DNA of 64,000 nt from Camelus ferus (taxonomy: Eukaryota): NCBI RefSeq assembly GCF_009834535.1, contig NC_045707.1, forward strand, positions 47,494,001 to 47,558,000. Direction: 5' to 3'. Shown piece after piece: positions 1 to 11,769 of this stretch; position 1 is the first letter of the stretch; the number at the start of each line of letters is the position of its first letter. The notes under the pieces were generated by a model. That model was not told where the DNA came from and did not search any database. It saw only the letters and a list, made by a program, of their open reading frames with translations. The translations under genes were made by a program, and so were the position numbers.

Positions 1-248
1 TACATTTCTGTCAAGTGCCCACAAAGCATTTATATGAAAACTTTTCAGGTATGTGGCCAAAAAGCAAGTTTAAGTTTTTTAAGAACTGGTGTACACAGAC
101 TGTATTCTTTAAACACAATGCAATTGAATTAGAAATGCATTTTAAAAGATTTTTAAAGTAGTGTATATTTGAGAAATTTAAAACATACTTCTTAGAAAGG
201 AAAAAGCATTGTTCTCCATGTTTATATTAGAAAGAAAAGTATACCTGA

Positions 249-872
249 CTGGCCGCGCGTCCCCGCCAGCCCGGAGTCCCCCGCCGCGCCTCCTTCCTAG
301 GCTTCAGCAGACCTCACCAAAATGCCGTCTCAAATGGAACACGCCATGGAAACCATGATGTTCACATTTCACAAATTTGCTGGGGATAAAGGCTACTTAA
401 CAAAGGAGGACCTGAGAGTACTCATGGAAAAGGAGTTCCCTGGATTTTTGGAAAATCAAAAAGACCCTCTGGCCATGGACAAAATAATGACGGACCTGGA
501 CCAGTGCCGAGACGGCAAAGTGGGCTTCCAGAGCTGCTTTTCGCTAATCGCCGGGCTCACCATTGCGTGCAATGACTATTTTGTGGTGCACGTGAAGCAG
601 AAGGGAAAGAAGTAGGCAGCACTGAGCAGTTGCTCCTGCCGTGATAAGAAGTCTCCCAAAGGGTCGCTTAAGGAATCTGCCCCACAGCTTCCCCCTGTAT
701 AAGGATTTCCTGAACAGACTGGGACCCTTAGAAAATGTACAAATAAAACCCAACTCCCCTTGGAGAAGCAGAGAAAGAAAAGTCAGTTAAAGCCAGATAA
801 GCTTTTGATTTTTATATTGCTTGCATCCTCTTGCCCTCAATAAACAAAATCCTTTTTTAGTTCTGAAAAGAA
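249..872 (+). pseudogene. S100A10: Processed retrocopy of S100A10 (p11, annexin A2 light chain) mRNA: 5'UTR, intact 97-aa ORF (322-615), 3'UTR, short A-rich tail
   Basis: ORF MPSQMEHAMETMMFTFHKFAGDKGYLTKEDL...KQKGKK is essentially S100A10 but intronless. GC/CpG-rich 5'UTR 249-321; AATAAA at 839-844; identical flanking repeats AGAAAGAAAAGTATACCTGA at 229-248 and 873-892 (TSD). Confidence 0.95.
322..615 (+). CDS. S100A10: Intact S100A10-like ORF within the retrocopy (97 aa); expression unknown
   Basis: ATG at 322 to TAG at 613-615 with no disablement. Differs from recalled human S100A10 at V52M, K57T, F72C, M91V. Confidence 0.6.
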   Translation: MPSQMEHAMETMMFTFHKFAGDKGYLTKEDLRVLMEKEFPGFLENQKDPLAMDKIMTDLDQCRDGKVGFQSCFSLIAGLTIACNDYFVVHVKQKGKK

Positions 873-915
873 AGAAAGAAAAGTATACCTGAGCATTAAT
901 ACCCTGAGCTTCACA

Positions 916-1058
916 GGGGGAGGGTGTAGCTCAGTGGTAAAGCACATGCCCAGCAAGCACAAGGTCCTGGGTTCAATCCCCAGTACCTTCAAGAAAAATA
1001 AGTAAATAAATAAAAATCCAATATTTCTCCCCCAAAATGAAAATAATAATAATAAAAA
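916..1058 (+). mobile_element. tRNA-derived SINE, camelid Vic-1-like
   Basis: GGGGAGGGTGTAGCTCAGTGGTAAAGC (A box) ... GGGTTCAATCCCC (B box), then A-rich tract, CTCCCCC and an A-rich tail. A related copy lies at 21033. Confidence 0.8.
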
Positions 1059-1353
1059 GCTAATCTTCAAACCTAAGCAATTAGAAGAGAAAACAAACAA
1101 AAGAACTAAAGCAAAAATGGAAATAATAATGATAAAGAAAAGTTAAAAGTCAAGAACACACAAATGAGCAAATTTAGGAAAAATGTTTTAAATTGTAAAA
1201 ACTTGAATCAGTATTTTAAAATCTTCTCATGAATGCAAAGAAAATCCACCAGACCCAAGATAACTTTATAGGTGAGTTCTAACACACTTTCAAGGAATAA
1301 AAAATGGAGGTAGGGGAGAAGAAACACTCTTGGACTCATTTTCTGAAGTTGGA

Positions 1354-1688
1354 TGTACAAAATTAATAAACAGAAACCTCAGTTACACGGAGTAAGCAGG
1401 CCAGAAGGGGGAGCTCCCGCGCTCTGCGATGATAGCAGAGCTCAACAGGAGGAAGAAAGACTTCTTTCCTTCTAAGGACTCAGCTAATGAAAAGCCATGG
1501 ACTCTGTTTACTACGGCCCTCTCAACTTCCTTTTCCTGTCTATAAAAGCATTCTCCTTCTCTTGCTGTGCCAGGACTTGCAAGTAGTAAGCCATGGCTGC
1601 AGACCTCGAATTGCAGTTCTCTGCTGATCATGAATAAATCCATCTTTGCTACAGAAATATCAAGCAGTCTGCTTATTTCAGGTCAACA
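1354..1688 (+). mobile_element. Solo ERV-type LTR inserted in the old L1
   Basis: TG...CA termini, TATAAAA near 1541, AATAAA near 1633; L1-like sequence resumes on both sides. Confidence 0.65.
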
Positions 1689-1753
1689 GGTATAATGTGA
1701 TATTAAAACCAAACAGGTTTAGTGTAAAAAATGCAATTTATAGGTCCTCTCAG

Positions 1754-3668
1754 TTTTTTTTAAATTGAAGTATAGTTGATTTATAATATTGTGTTAAGTT
1801 TCTGTGGTACAGCATAGAGATTCAGCTATACATATACATATATATTCTTTTTTTCGTAATAGTTATTACAAGTTATTGAATATAGTTCACAGTGCTATAC
1901 AGTAGGACTTTGTTGTCTATTTTGTATACAGTAGTTTGTGTCTGCTAATCCTAAACTACTAATTTAAACCCCACTCTGCCCTTCCCTTTGATAACCATAA
2001 GCTTATTTTCTGTATCTGTGAGTTATTTCTGTTTTGTAAATAAGTTGATTTGTATCAATGTTTTAGATTCCACGTATAAGTGATATCATATAGTATTTTT
2101 CTTTCTCTTTCTGGCTTACTTCACTCAGTATGACAATCTCCATGTCTATATCCATGTTGCTGCAAATGGCATTATGTCATTCTTTTTATGGCTCAGTGGT
2201 ATTCCATATACCAAATCTTCTTTATCCAATCATCTGTTGTTGGATATTTAGGTTGTTTCTATGTTTTGGCTATTGTTAATAGTGCTGCTATGAACATTGG
2301 GTTGCATGTATCTTTTTGAATTAGAGTTTCCTCCAGATATACGCCCAGGGATTGCTGGATCATAGGATACCTCTATTTTTAGTTTTTTAAGGAATCTCCA
2401 TACTGTTTTCCATAGTGGCTGCACCAAATTACATCCCCACCAATAGTGTAAGAGGGTTTCCTTTTCTACACACCCTCTCCAGCATTTATCATTTGTTTGA
2501 TTTGCATTTCTCTGATAATTAGTGATATTGAGCATTTTTTCATTTGCCTATTGGTCATTTGTATCTCTTCATTGGAGAAATGTCTGTTTAAGTCTTTCAC
2601 CCATTTTTTGATAGAGTTGTGGAGCTTTTTGGGGGGGAGGTTGTTTGTTTGTTTGTTTGTCATTGAGTTGTATAACCTATTTGTATATTCTGGAAGGTAA
2701 GTCCATGTCAGTCACATCATTTGCAAATATTTTCCTCCAGTCCGTAGGTCATTTTTGTTTTGTTTATGGTTTCCTTTGCTGTGCAAAAGCTTATATGTTT
2801 AATTAGGCCCCATTTGTTTATTTTGGCTTTTATTTCTATTGCCTCAGTAGACTGCCTTAGGAGAACTTTGCTATGCTTGTATCAGAGAATGTTTTACCTA
2901 TGTTCTCTTTCAGGAGGTTTCTGGTGTCTTGTCTTATGTTTAAATCTTTAAGCCATTTTGAGTTTATTTTTGCATGTGGTATGAGCAAGTGTTCTAATTT
3001 CATTGATTTTCATGTGGCTGTCCAGTTTCTCAACACCACTTGTCAAGGAGACTATCTTTTCTCCATTGTATACTCTTGCCTCCTTTGTCAAAGATCAATT
3101 GACCAAAGGTGTGTGGGCTTATTTCTGGTCCCTCTATTCTGTTGCATTGATCCATATGTCTGTTTTTGTGCCAATACCACGCTATTTTGATTACTGTAGC
3201 TTTATAATATTACCTGAAGTCTGGGAGGGTCATGCCTCTAGCTTCCACCTTTTTCTTTGGTATTGCTTTGGCAATTCTAAGTCTTTTATGATTATATATA
3301 AATTTTAGGATTATTTGTTCTAGTTTTGTGAAAAATATCCCGGGTAATTTGATAGGGATCTCATTAAATCTGTGGATTGCTTTGGGTAGTGTGGCCATTT
3401 TAACAATATTAATTTTTCCAATGTAACAGCATAAGATATCTTTCCATTTCTTTAAATCATCCTTAATATCCTTAATGTTTTATAGTTCTCTGCATATAAG
3501 TCTTTCACCTTTTTGATCAGGTTTATTCCTAAGTTGTTTTTTTTTTTTTTTTTTTTTGATGCAGTTTTAAAAAGGATTTTTTTTTTAACTTTTTCTGATA
3601 TTTCTGATATTGTTAGGGTGAAGAAATGCAACAGATTTCTGTATGTTAATCTTGTATCCTGCTATCTC
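1754..3668 (-). mobile_element. 5'-truncated L1 (3'UTR plus C-terminal ORF2), antisense
   Basis: Poly-T head; minus-strand peptides such as [18 protein letters not shown] and [16 protein letters not shown] are L1 ORF2 motifs. Confidence 0.9.
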
Positions 3669-4779
3669 TACCTATAAAAGTTTAATTACATTTTGATACA
3701 GTAGCTACAGTTAGAAAATGCAAAAACTGTATATAGGAATCATTTTAATCAAAATGTGTTAAGACCATTTTGTAGTAACGTGTAAAACATTACTGAATGG
3801 TATTAAAGAAGATCTAAATACATGGAGAGACAAAACATACTCATGGATTAGAGGACTCAATAATTGAAGATACAGTTCTTCCAAAATTGATGAAATTGAT
3901 TCAAGTCAATTTCAATTAAAATCTCAAGAGAATTTATTTTGTGAGTGGCATTTGTCAACATGTTTCTAAAAATTATGTACAAAGCAAAGGGCCAAGACTA
4001 GCAAAGTTAAGTATAAAAGAACAAGCTGATATCAAGACTTATCACAGCTACAACAAATTAAGGTAATGAAAAACTGGCAAGAGACAGACAAACAGATCAA
4101 TAGAATGGAATAGAAAACTACCAACCAAATTACATATCTGTTTATTGAAAAACCTGATATCTGACAGAGCTGGAAATGAATAGCAGTGAGAGATAGTGGG
4201 CACAGCTGGTTATTCATATGGGGAAAAAAATTGGATTTCTAGTTTATACCATGTATAAAATCAATTTCAGATGCACTAAAGAATTAAATGTGAAAGAGTA
4301 TACTTTTTCCCCCCTATACCTGCTGTTTCTTAATTGCCTTCAGCTCAAAATAATCTTTATGCTAAAGCAACATATTTTGATTCTTTCAGTAACAAGTGGC
4401 TTCTTGAGGCGGAATTTATTTTGTCGAATTTTACAATCTGGTTCTTGCTCCCTCCCCCTCCCCCCACCTCAGCTCTCTTCAGAGAGCACACGATTGTTTC
4501 CTCTCTACTTTCACTGTGAGAATGAGAGGCTAACAGATTTTCTACAGGTGCTGCTTGATTTTCCATCTCATCATATGTCATTTCCATTAATCTCTCTCTC
4601 TGCAGAAAGTTGGGCTGGAAACTTCCTCTATTCAAGCACCAGTATGAGGTCTTGGCTATCCTTCAGGCAATTTAGTTTACTTTTTAATTTACTTTGGGCT
4701 TGGTTACTTTACATTTTTTGTCCTAAAATGGCTTATGTTTTTAAAGTCAAAGTGAACCATGTCATTCTTTGTTTTCACT

Positions 4780-4950
4780 AATTTGTTCATTCAGCACATA
4801 TTTTGAGTACATACTATGGGCAGGGCACTATTTTAGGTATTGGGGATATCACAATGCACAAAGGGGGGGTTCTGCCTTTATATTCTAATGGAGGGAACAG
4901 ACAATAAACAAGGTAAATACATAAAATGTAGTACGATGGTGATAAATGGT
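4780..4950 (-). mobile_element. L2 3'-end fragment
   Basis: TTCATTCAGCACATATTTTGAGTACATACTATGGGCAGGGCACT resembles the reverse-complemented L2 terminus. Confidence 0.55.
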
Positions 4951-5540
4951 AAAAAATGACTTTGTAAGAGTAGATGTTAAATTGTAGAAAACCAGACCAG
5001 TAATTGATGCAGATAATCCTTATGTTTTAGCAATGCAATTATCTTTGTCTCATAGAGATGGAAATGATTTGTGTCTGGTAGAAAAGACTGGGTTGTAACC
5101 CAAAGGTTAGTTTTATTGCCCTATGGGACATTAACCAATTTTTATGTAATTGAGTAATCTTATTCTAGCACTTTTTTCTCAATGACTATAAATAACTTTT
5201 GTCTTTCTATGCCCCATTTGAACCAGGTATATTATCCTGCTGGTTCTCTCATTAATGAGGTCAACAACTCTGAGAGTCATGTTTTTAACTTTTTGAAAAT
5301 TACATATTAACATATAAAGTATGCTTTATATAATTCTGATTTGCTAAGCATCTTTAATGAGAAAACAAATAAACACTAATACAAATATATAATACAATAG
5401 AGATTTTTTTAAAAAACCTTCATGAGTTGATTTTTAACATTCTAATATTGATTAATACGAGGCATTAGAAGTGAAAATTATGAACACCATACAGTTAAGA
5501 GATGAAAGATTATGAAAATGTTTTTAAAATATACAGATAG

Positions 5541-5902
5541 TGTTAAAAGATAAACTATAAAAGAGACATACTAACATTTTTAAGAGTTTATTTGAGCATA
5601 AATCTGTTCTAATCAGGCAATACCAAACTAGAAGTGGTTAGGAGCACTCTAGCAAAAGGGGCAAACCAAAAAACTTTTATAGGGAAGAAGTGGAAGCCAA
5701 GCAAATAAATTATTTGATTGGCTATAGCTTAAGCATTTGTCTTATTTGGAAAATGCTAGTTGGATGTTTGTGTTAGGTTGTCCTTAGATTTTGATTTCTT
5801 AACTTTGAGGCATTTCAGGCTTTGGTTTTGATTTGCTTAGATAGGCTGCTAAGGTATTAGAACCACCTCAATCTAATAGATATCTTATATAACTAATTTT
5901 AC
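5541..5902. mobile_element. Solo ERV1-like LTR
   Basis: Begins TGTTAAAAGA and ends TTTACA; internal AGAGTTTATTTGAGC (reverse AATAAA). Confidence 0.55.
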
Positions 5903-6097
5903 AATAGATAAGTAAATTAAACAACTAAACTCCTAGAATGATATTGCCTATTTTACTGATGTTTTCCACCAGTCCACTAGCTATTCAAGTGTTTGAAATC
6001 ATTAACAGAACAGGCTTTGGACTACCTGGCTTCATATCTTGACTCAACCACTTCTTGGTCTGGGCAAGTTATTTAATCTAAGCCTTAGTACTCTCTC

Positions 6098-6172
6098 TCT
6101 TTTTTGTTTTTAATTGAAGTATAGTTCATTTACAATGTTGTGTTAGTTTCTGGTGTACAGTGCAGTGATTCA

Positions 6173-6238
<66 letters not shown>

Positions 6239-6298
6239 ATGTTTTTTTCATTATAGATTATTTCAAACTATTGAATATAGTTCCTTGTGCTAAACAGC
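6098..6298 (-). mobile_element. Short L1 3'-end fragment containing a (TA)n expansion
   Basis: TTAATTGAAGTATAG...TTTCTGGTGTACAG is shared with the L1 3' end at 1760. Confidence 0.8.
6177..6234. repeat. (TA)~29 microsatellite
   Basis: Perfect TA run seen directly. Confidence 0.97.
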
Positions 6299-6955
6299 AA
6301 GGAAGTCATTAGCAAAAGAAAATAGTCATTTTGGGCTGGGTTATCCTCTTTTGAGGGGCAGAGGAATATCAAGGGTTTTATTATGCAGATTGATTCTTCT
6401 TCCTCTGGGGGCTGGGGAGGGGCCATGTCTCCAGATTACCTCATTGGTGCTGACCAGAACATTACAAACTTGTTGATTAAGGTTACATTTGAGAGCCCAG
6501 AAATAAACCCACACGTATACAAGCAACTAATTTATGACAAAGGAGGCAAGAACATACAATGAAGAAAGGAATGTCTCTTTAATAAATAGTGTTGGTAAAA
6601 CTAGGCAGCTATGTGCAAAAGATTGAAAGTTGACCCCTATCTTGTACCATATACAAAAATTAACTCAAAATGGATTAAAGACTTTAATGTAAGACCTGAA
6701 ACCATAAATTCCTAGAAGAAAACATAGGCAGTACACTTTTTGACATCAGTCTTAGCAATATTTTTTTTAGATAGGTCTCCCTAGGCAAGGGAAACAAAAC
6801 CAAAAATAAACAAATAGGATTACATCAAACTAAAAAAGCCTTGCACAACAAAGGAAAACATCAACAAAATGAAAAGAAAACTGCCGAATGGGAGAAAATA
6901 TTTGCAAATCACACCTCTGATAACTGGTTAATATCCAAAATATATGAAGAACTCA

Positions 6956-7702
6956 TATTACACTGAAACTGAGTCCTTCTAAAAGAAAGTTCCTCTGCTA
7001 AGTTTATGATTAACCTCTCTATCCAAAACATTATTCCCTTTCTTGTCCTGTACTGGTTCTCCTCAGGATAGAGGAGTATCAAAGCAAAAGAGGGTATTGA
7101 AAATGAGCAGAACCCTGTGAGGCCCTCCTGGGTGCAAAAGCTTTTCCAGGTCCCCCATTTCTTGCTTGTAGAAAAGGGCTTTGGTCTCCTAGGCCTTCCC
7201 TGTGTTCTTCCAAAGAGCAGATTCAAGCAGTTACTAATTAGCAAAGAGAGAAACTGCAGAAACAAAGGAAAATCAGTTGAGAGAAACAATAGTTCGCTGA
7301 TAAAACAGAGTCTGAGCTCCTCCTGGAGGGATATACATAAGAATCTGATACATATCTTTGAGTTGTTCTGCAGGAGCTAAGGCCCCTCCATCCAGATGGA
7401 GGATGGTAACTATAGGCTGAGACCCCATACTGGTTAGGACCAGAAGTTTGACGATTGAGATTCCTAGAAGTCTGCTGTACCTCACCACCAACCAATCAGA
7501 AGAAAGTCATGCTCCCTGCACCCCTCACCCCAAATATTTCCTTTAAAAACTCTTCCCTAAAAGCCATCAGGGAGTTTGGGTCTTTTGAGCATCTCCCACT
7601 CTCCTGGCTTGGCCCTGCAATAAACCTTTCTCTGCTTCAGACCCTGATGTTTTGGTTTGGTTGGCCTCACTGTGCATAGAGAACAGGAACTTGGGTTCAA
7701 CA
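6956..7702 (+). mobile_element. Solo ERV1-like LTR nested in L1
   Basis: Interrupts L1 at AACTCATA|...|ACAAC; CCAAT near 7492, TTTAAAAA near 7542, AATAAA 7619-7624, ends ...GGTTCAACA. Confidence 0.75.
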
Positions 7703-8018
7703 ACAACACAACAATAACAAAAAAACAAACAACCTAATTTAAAAAGAGGCAGAGGATCTGAATAAACATTTTTCCAAAGAAGACACAAAGATGGTCAGCA
7801 AACACTTGAAAAGATGTTCAACATCACTAATTACTGAGGAAATGCAAATCACATCCACAATGAGCTATCACCTCTGTTAGAATGGCTGTTATCAAAAAGA
7901 CAAGAAATAACAAATTGTTGCTGAGAAGGTGGAGAAAAGGGAGCCCTCCTGTACTATTGGTGGGAATGTAAATTGTTGAAACCACTATGGAGGTCTCCCA
8001 AAAAATTAAGAATAGAAC

Positions 8019-8485
8019 TATCAACTAAAATGAAATGTACAACATGAAAGCTGTGGGTCAAGTTTATTCAGTATCTTACTGAGGACTGTAGCCCCAGAGA
8101 CATCCTCTCACATAGCTCTAAGAAACTGTTCAGAGAGGTAAGGGGGGAGGTCAGTAAATATGTAATTTTGGCAAAGAGGGTATGTGCAACCAAGCACACA
8201 TCTTGTTAGGAGGTTGCCGAATAGGAGGAACAGACATCTTAGTTTATGGTTTTAGTGCTTTTCTAAGTATGGGAAGATGAAAGAATCCAAGTTCATAAAA
8301 AGTTTCTCCTAAAAATATATTAACTATTTGAAGGTCTGTACTACCAGTTTTCCCAGAGAACAGAGTGCCTCATTCCTGATCTCTGCCCTGAACTCCTTTC
8401 AGGGTGTGTTAAAGGTCAGCTGCTGCAGTGGCTAATGATTCAATGCTTGCAGAGCTGAATGGCTAGTGACATTCTTTAGTTGGCA
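8019..8485 (-). mobile_element. Solo ERV1-like LTR nested in L1
   Basis: Inverted termini TATCAACTAA...TTAGTTGGCA with a near-matching 4-bp TSD GAAC/GGAC; L1 continues afterwards. Confidence 0.75.
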
Positions 8486-9042
8486 GGACTACCACATGAT
8501 CCATCTATTCCACTTCTGGGTATTTATCCAAAGGATATGAAAATACTAATTAGAAAAGATATATGCACCCCATATTCATTTCAGTATTATTTATAATAGC
8601 CAAAATATAGAAACAACCTAAGTGCCCATCAATGGATGAATGGATAAAGAAGTGGTATGTGCACACACACACACATATACATACACTGGAATATTATTCA
8701 GCCATAAAAAGATGAAATCTTGCCATTTGCAACCAATGGATGGACCTTGAAGGTATTATACTAAGTGGAATAATTCAGGTGGAAAAAGACAAATTCCATA
8801 TGATTTCACTCATATGTAGAATATTAAAAAAGCAGAATAAACAAACAAGCAAAACAAAATGAAAACAAACATGTAGATACAGAGAACAGATTGGTAGTTA
8901 CCAGAAGAGAAGAGAGGTGGAGGGAGGACCAAAGGTGTAAAGGAGATCAATTGTATGGGCAGATAAAACTAGATTTTTGGTGGTAAGCATGCTGTAGTGT
9001 ATATGGAGGTTGAATTATAATATTGTAGACATGAAATTTATA

Positions 9043-9335
9043 TAGTTGTCCCTTTGTATCCATGGAGGTTTGGTTCCAGGACCCCCCACAAGTACACACA
9101 TGCTCGAGTCCCTTATACAAAATAGAATAGTACAGTGAATACAGCCGGCCCTCCATTATCTGTGAGTTTTGCATCTTCAGATTCAACCAACAGTGGATGG
9201 AAATTTCAATTGGTGATTGGTTGAATCCGCAGGTGTGCAACACAAGATCAGGGAGGGTCAACTGTACATTTATTGGAAAAAAATCTGCAGATAAGTGGAC
9301 CCTCACAGTTCAAACCCGTGTTCAAGGCTCAACTG
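9043..9335. mobile_element. Tigger-type (Tc1/mariner; MER2/MER8-like) non-autonomous DNA transposon
   Basis: Imperfect terminal inverted repeats TAGTTGTCCCTT...AAGGCTCAACTG flanked by TA. Confidence 0.75.
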
Positions 9336-9626
9336 TATAAAGTTTACACCAATACTATGCTACTTCAAAAACAAAAATTACATTCCTGAGGAAGATGGAA
9401 ACTGCAGTTTGGTATTAAATCTGGGTTTGATATTTATCTTAAGCACAGCTGACATGGTTTGGGGCTGTAGTTTTTCTTGTTAACATATGATATCTCAGAA
9501 TTTTTCTTCAGTATATAAAAGGATTTAAAATTGATTTTGGCATTTATTTCTCATCGTAAGACTAAATTATTTATTATTAGCTTTAAATTTCATCCCAAGA
9601 TCTTCTAATTAGTTTCTTGAGTGAAC

Positions 9627-9855
9627 TGTAGGGAGGAAAAATCATTTTCCCTCTACCCTTCTGAGTTACTGACTGAGACACCCTGTAATAAAAGGCAGAT
9701 TAACAAGAGAAAAACAAATGGAAGTGTATTAACATGCATACCTCATGTATATATGGGATATACCGAGGGAAAAATGAGTAACTCCCTAACTAGCCTAAGC
9801 TATCAGTTTAAAGACCATCTTCAGCTAAAGATAAAAGAAAGGAAGGCATGTGTGT

Positions 9856-9903
<48 letters not shown>

Positions 9904-10010
9904 TGTGTGTTGGTGGGAGGAAGCCAGTTACAGGAGGTTACCAGGAAAAACCTACTAATGAAGGATAACATTTCTTATGCACATTTAGGTGGGTGCCATT
10001 GATAAGATTC
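9627..10010. mobile_element. ERV1-like LTR fragment containing (TG)n
   Basis: Starts TGTAGGGAGGAAAA...AGGCAGATTAACAAGAGAAAAACAAA, a motif typical of MER4-group LTRs. Confidence 0.6.
9858..9902. repeat. (TG)~22 microsatellite
   Basis: Seen directly. Confidence 0.97.
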
Positions 10011-10014
10011 TCTT

Positions 10015-10400
10015 GTATTTTAGTTATTCAGTTTGTTAATATGGTGTATCACATTAATTGATTTGTGGATACTGAACCATCCTTGCATCCCTGGGATAAA
10101 GCCCACTTGATCGTGGAGTATGATCCTTTCAGTGTGTTGTTAAATTTGATTTGCTAGTATTTTGTTGAGGATTTTTGCATCTATGTTCATATTGGTGATA
10201 CTGGCCTGCAATTTTCTTTTTTGGTGATATCTTTGTCCGGTTTTGGTATCAGGGCAACGATACCAAACTCTCATAGGAGTTTGGTATGTTGCAAATTTAA
10301 GTTTTTTGGAACACTCTAGAATTTCTTTTTTTGAATGTTTTCAATCCATGGTTGGTTGAATCTGCAGGTGCGGAACCCATGAATACAGAGGGCCTATTGA
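10015..10400 (-). mobile_element. L1 ORF2 fragment (antisense) joined to a MER2-like end
   Basis: CCTTGCATCCCTGGGATAAAGCCCACTTGATC (L1 RT region) followed by GGTTGGTTGAATCTGCAGGTGCGGAACCC (MER2-like). Confidence 0.7.
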
Positions 10401-10465
10401 ATATTCATTCAGCCAAACCCCAAATGCCAAGCCACCTCTGGGCTTTTTCACCCAAACAAGTTTGA

Positions 10466-10565
10466 NNNNNNNNNNNNNNNNNNNNNNNNNNNNNNNNNNN
10501 NNNNNNNNNNNNNNNNNNNNNNNNNNNNNNNNNNNNNNNNNNNNNNNNNNNNNNNNNNNNNNNNN
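10466..10565. other. Assembly gap (100 N)
   Basis: Run of N; true size unknown; it cuts off the 5' part of EEA1 exon 3. Confidence 0.99.
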
Positions 10566-10674
10566 AGTGTATGAAATCTCTTGGATCTGCTGATGAACTT
10601 TTCAAACACTATGAGGCAGTTCATGATGCTGGCAATGATTCAGGTCATGGAGGAGAAGCTCTTGCTCTGAAGCG
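10566..10674 (+). CDS. EEA1: EEA1 exon 3 (5' part in gap): C2H2 zinc finger, Rab5-binding region
   Basis: CMKSLGSADELFKHYEAVHDAGNDSGHGGEALALKR; donor CG|GTACAG, phase 2. Confidence 0.93.
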
Positions 10675-11769
10675 GTACAGTATAATAGTTTTGAAGTGTA
10701 ATGTAGTGAATGTGTGTGATACCATTGTTTCATTGTGAATACTTAGTTTTTGAAAATAGTGTTTTTATATTATTTAATTTAAATCTGTCTTCATTTATTG
10801 TGGCTTCCTCGTTTATTGTTTTTTTTTCTTCCTCCTTTATTGTTATAACTTATTCTATCCTTGACCAATAACTATATCAGCATCTACAACATGGTTCAGA
10901 GGATATGTTTTGAAAGAAGGTTGTGATTTATCAAAAGGTTAAATTATATTTAGCATACTCTGCTTAATAAAAAATGATATACTTTATTTAGAAGATTTTA
11001 TAGTAAGTTATTAAAATAATTAATTTAGCCAAGAGTTAAATTTAATAATTATTTTTAAAAATTTCTTTTGTAATCACCAATATAATAACAAGCACACATA
11101 CACATTCTGCTTCTTGGCAATTTTGCCTGACCATTTTAAAATTAAATCAAGCTAAAATATAATTACTTAGAAAGGCATTCAACAATATAACTTTCCTTTT
11201 CTTCTGCTATTGGTGAAAACTCTTTATCTTATATTCCCACTAAGGGAGAAATCTTGATTTTATTCTACTTGTAAAAAATTTGTTTCATGTTTTTCTTTAA
11301 AAAATGGCTCATAGTTGGTTATGACCACATTATGGTTGATAATAAAGAACTATAAAATATGGTTGTTTTAATTTGTTAAAATATGTGGGAAAACCAGTGC
11401 TTTTGGGATGTGTGAATCTTTCCTTTTCATGTGACTATTAATGCTCTTTAAGATTTTTGTGTATGAGTTAATAATTTTGGTACCATTCTTTTGTCATTTG
11501 TTAGGAAATAGATATAAAATATATATTTATATTAAATCATGTATAAGTGCCTTTATATTTAGTGTCAATTTAACAGAGCTGCTTTTTCATCTACGAATTA
11601 GTGCCTAGTACGTGAATTTTCATTCAGTCTACCCTTAACTTTTCATCCAATGTTTAGCTCACTGAAACCTGGTTTCTGCCCTACCATGCTCTGAAACTAT
11701 TCCCTCAAAGCCCAACAGTTAAAAAAAAAAAAAAAAGGATTATTTTCAGTTTTTATCTTAGTAGACCTT

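Larger units (their letters stand above)
1..4290 (+). mobile_element. Old degraded L1 ORF2 remnant, fragmented by younger nested insertions
   Basis: Decayed L1 ORF2-like segments in collinear order at ~1-248 (endonuclease end), ~1060-1350 (resembles KSPGPDGFTGEFYQTFKE), ~1690-1745 and ~3700-4290. Confidence 0.6.
6490..9042 (+). mobile_element. L1 3' ORF2 and 3'UTR (sense), interrupted by two solo LTRs
   Basis: GAGCCCAGAAATAAACCCACAC, AAAATGGATTAAAGACTT and CCCATCAATGGATGAATGGATAAAG are typical L1 segments, collinear across the LTR inserts. Confidence 0.85.

Noticed and set aside
322..615. The authentic S100A10 gene
   Set aside because: Intronless, TSD-flanked and outside an S100 cluster; the parent gene has introns, so this is a retrocopy.
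916..990. tRNA gene (also 21033-21105)
   Set aside because: A/B boxes are present, but each is followed by the SINE-specific A-rich/C-rich tail, the stems are degenerate, and one copy has a TSD.
2248..3398. Cluster of short ORFs
   Set aside because: Broken L1 ORF2 pieces and their antisense frames.
4218..4781. 187-aa ORF, the longest in the track
   Set aside because: Spans L1 and LTR fragments and low-complexity sequence; no recognisable domain.
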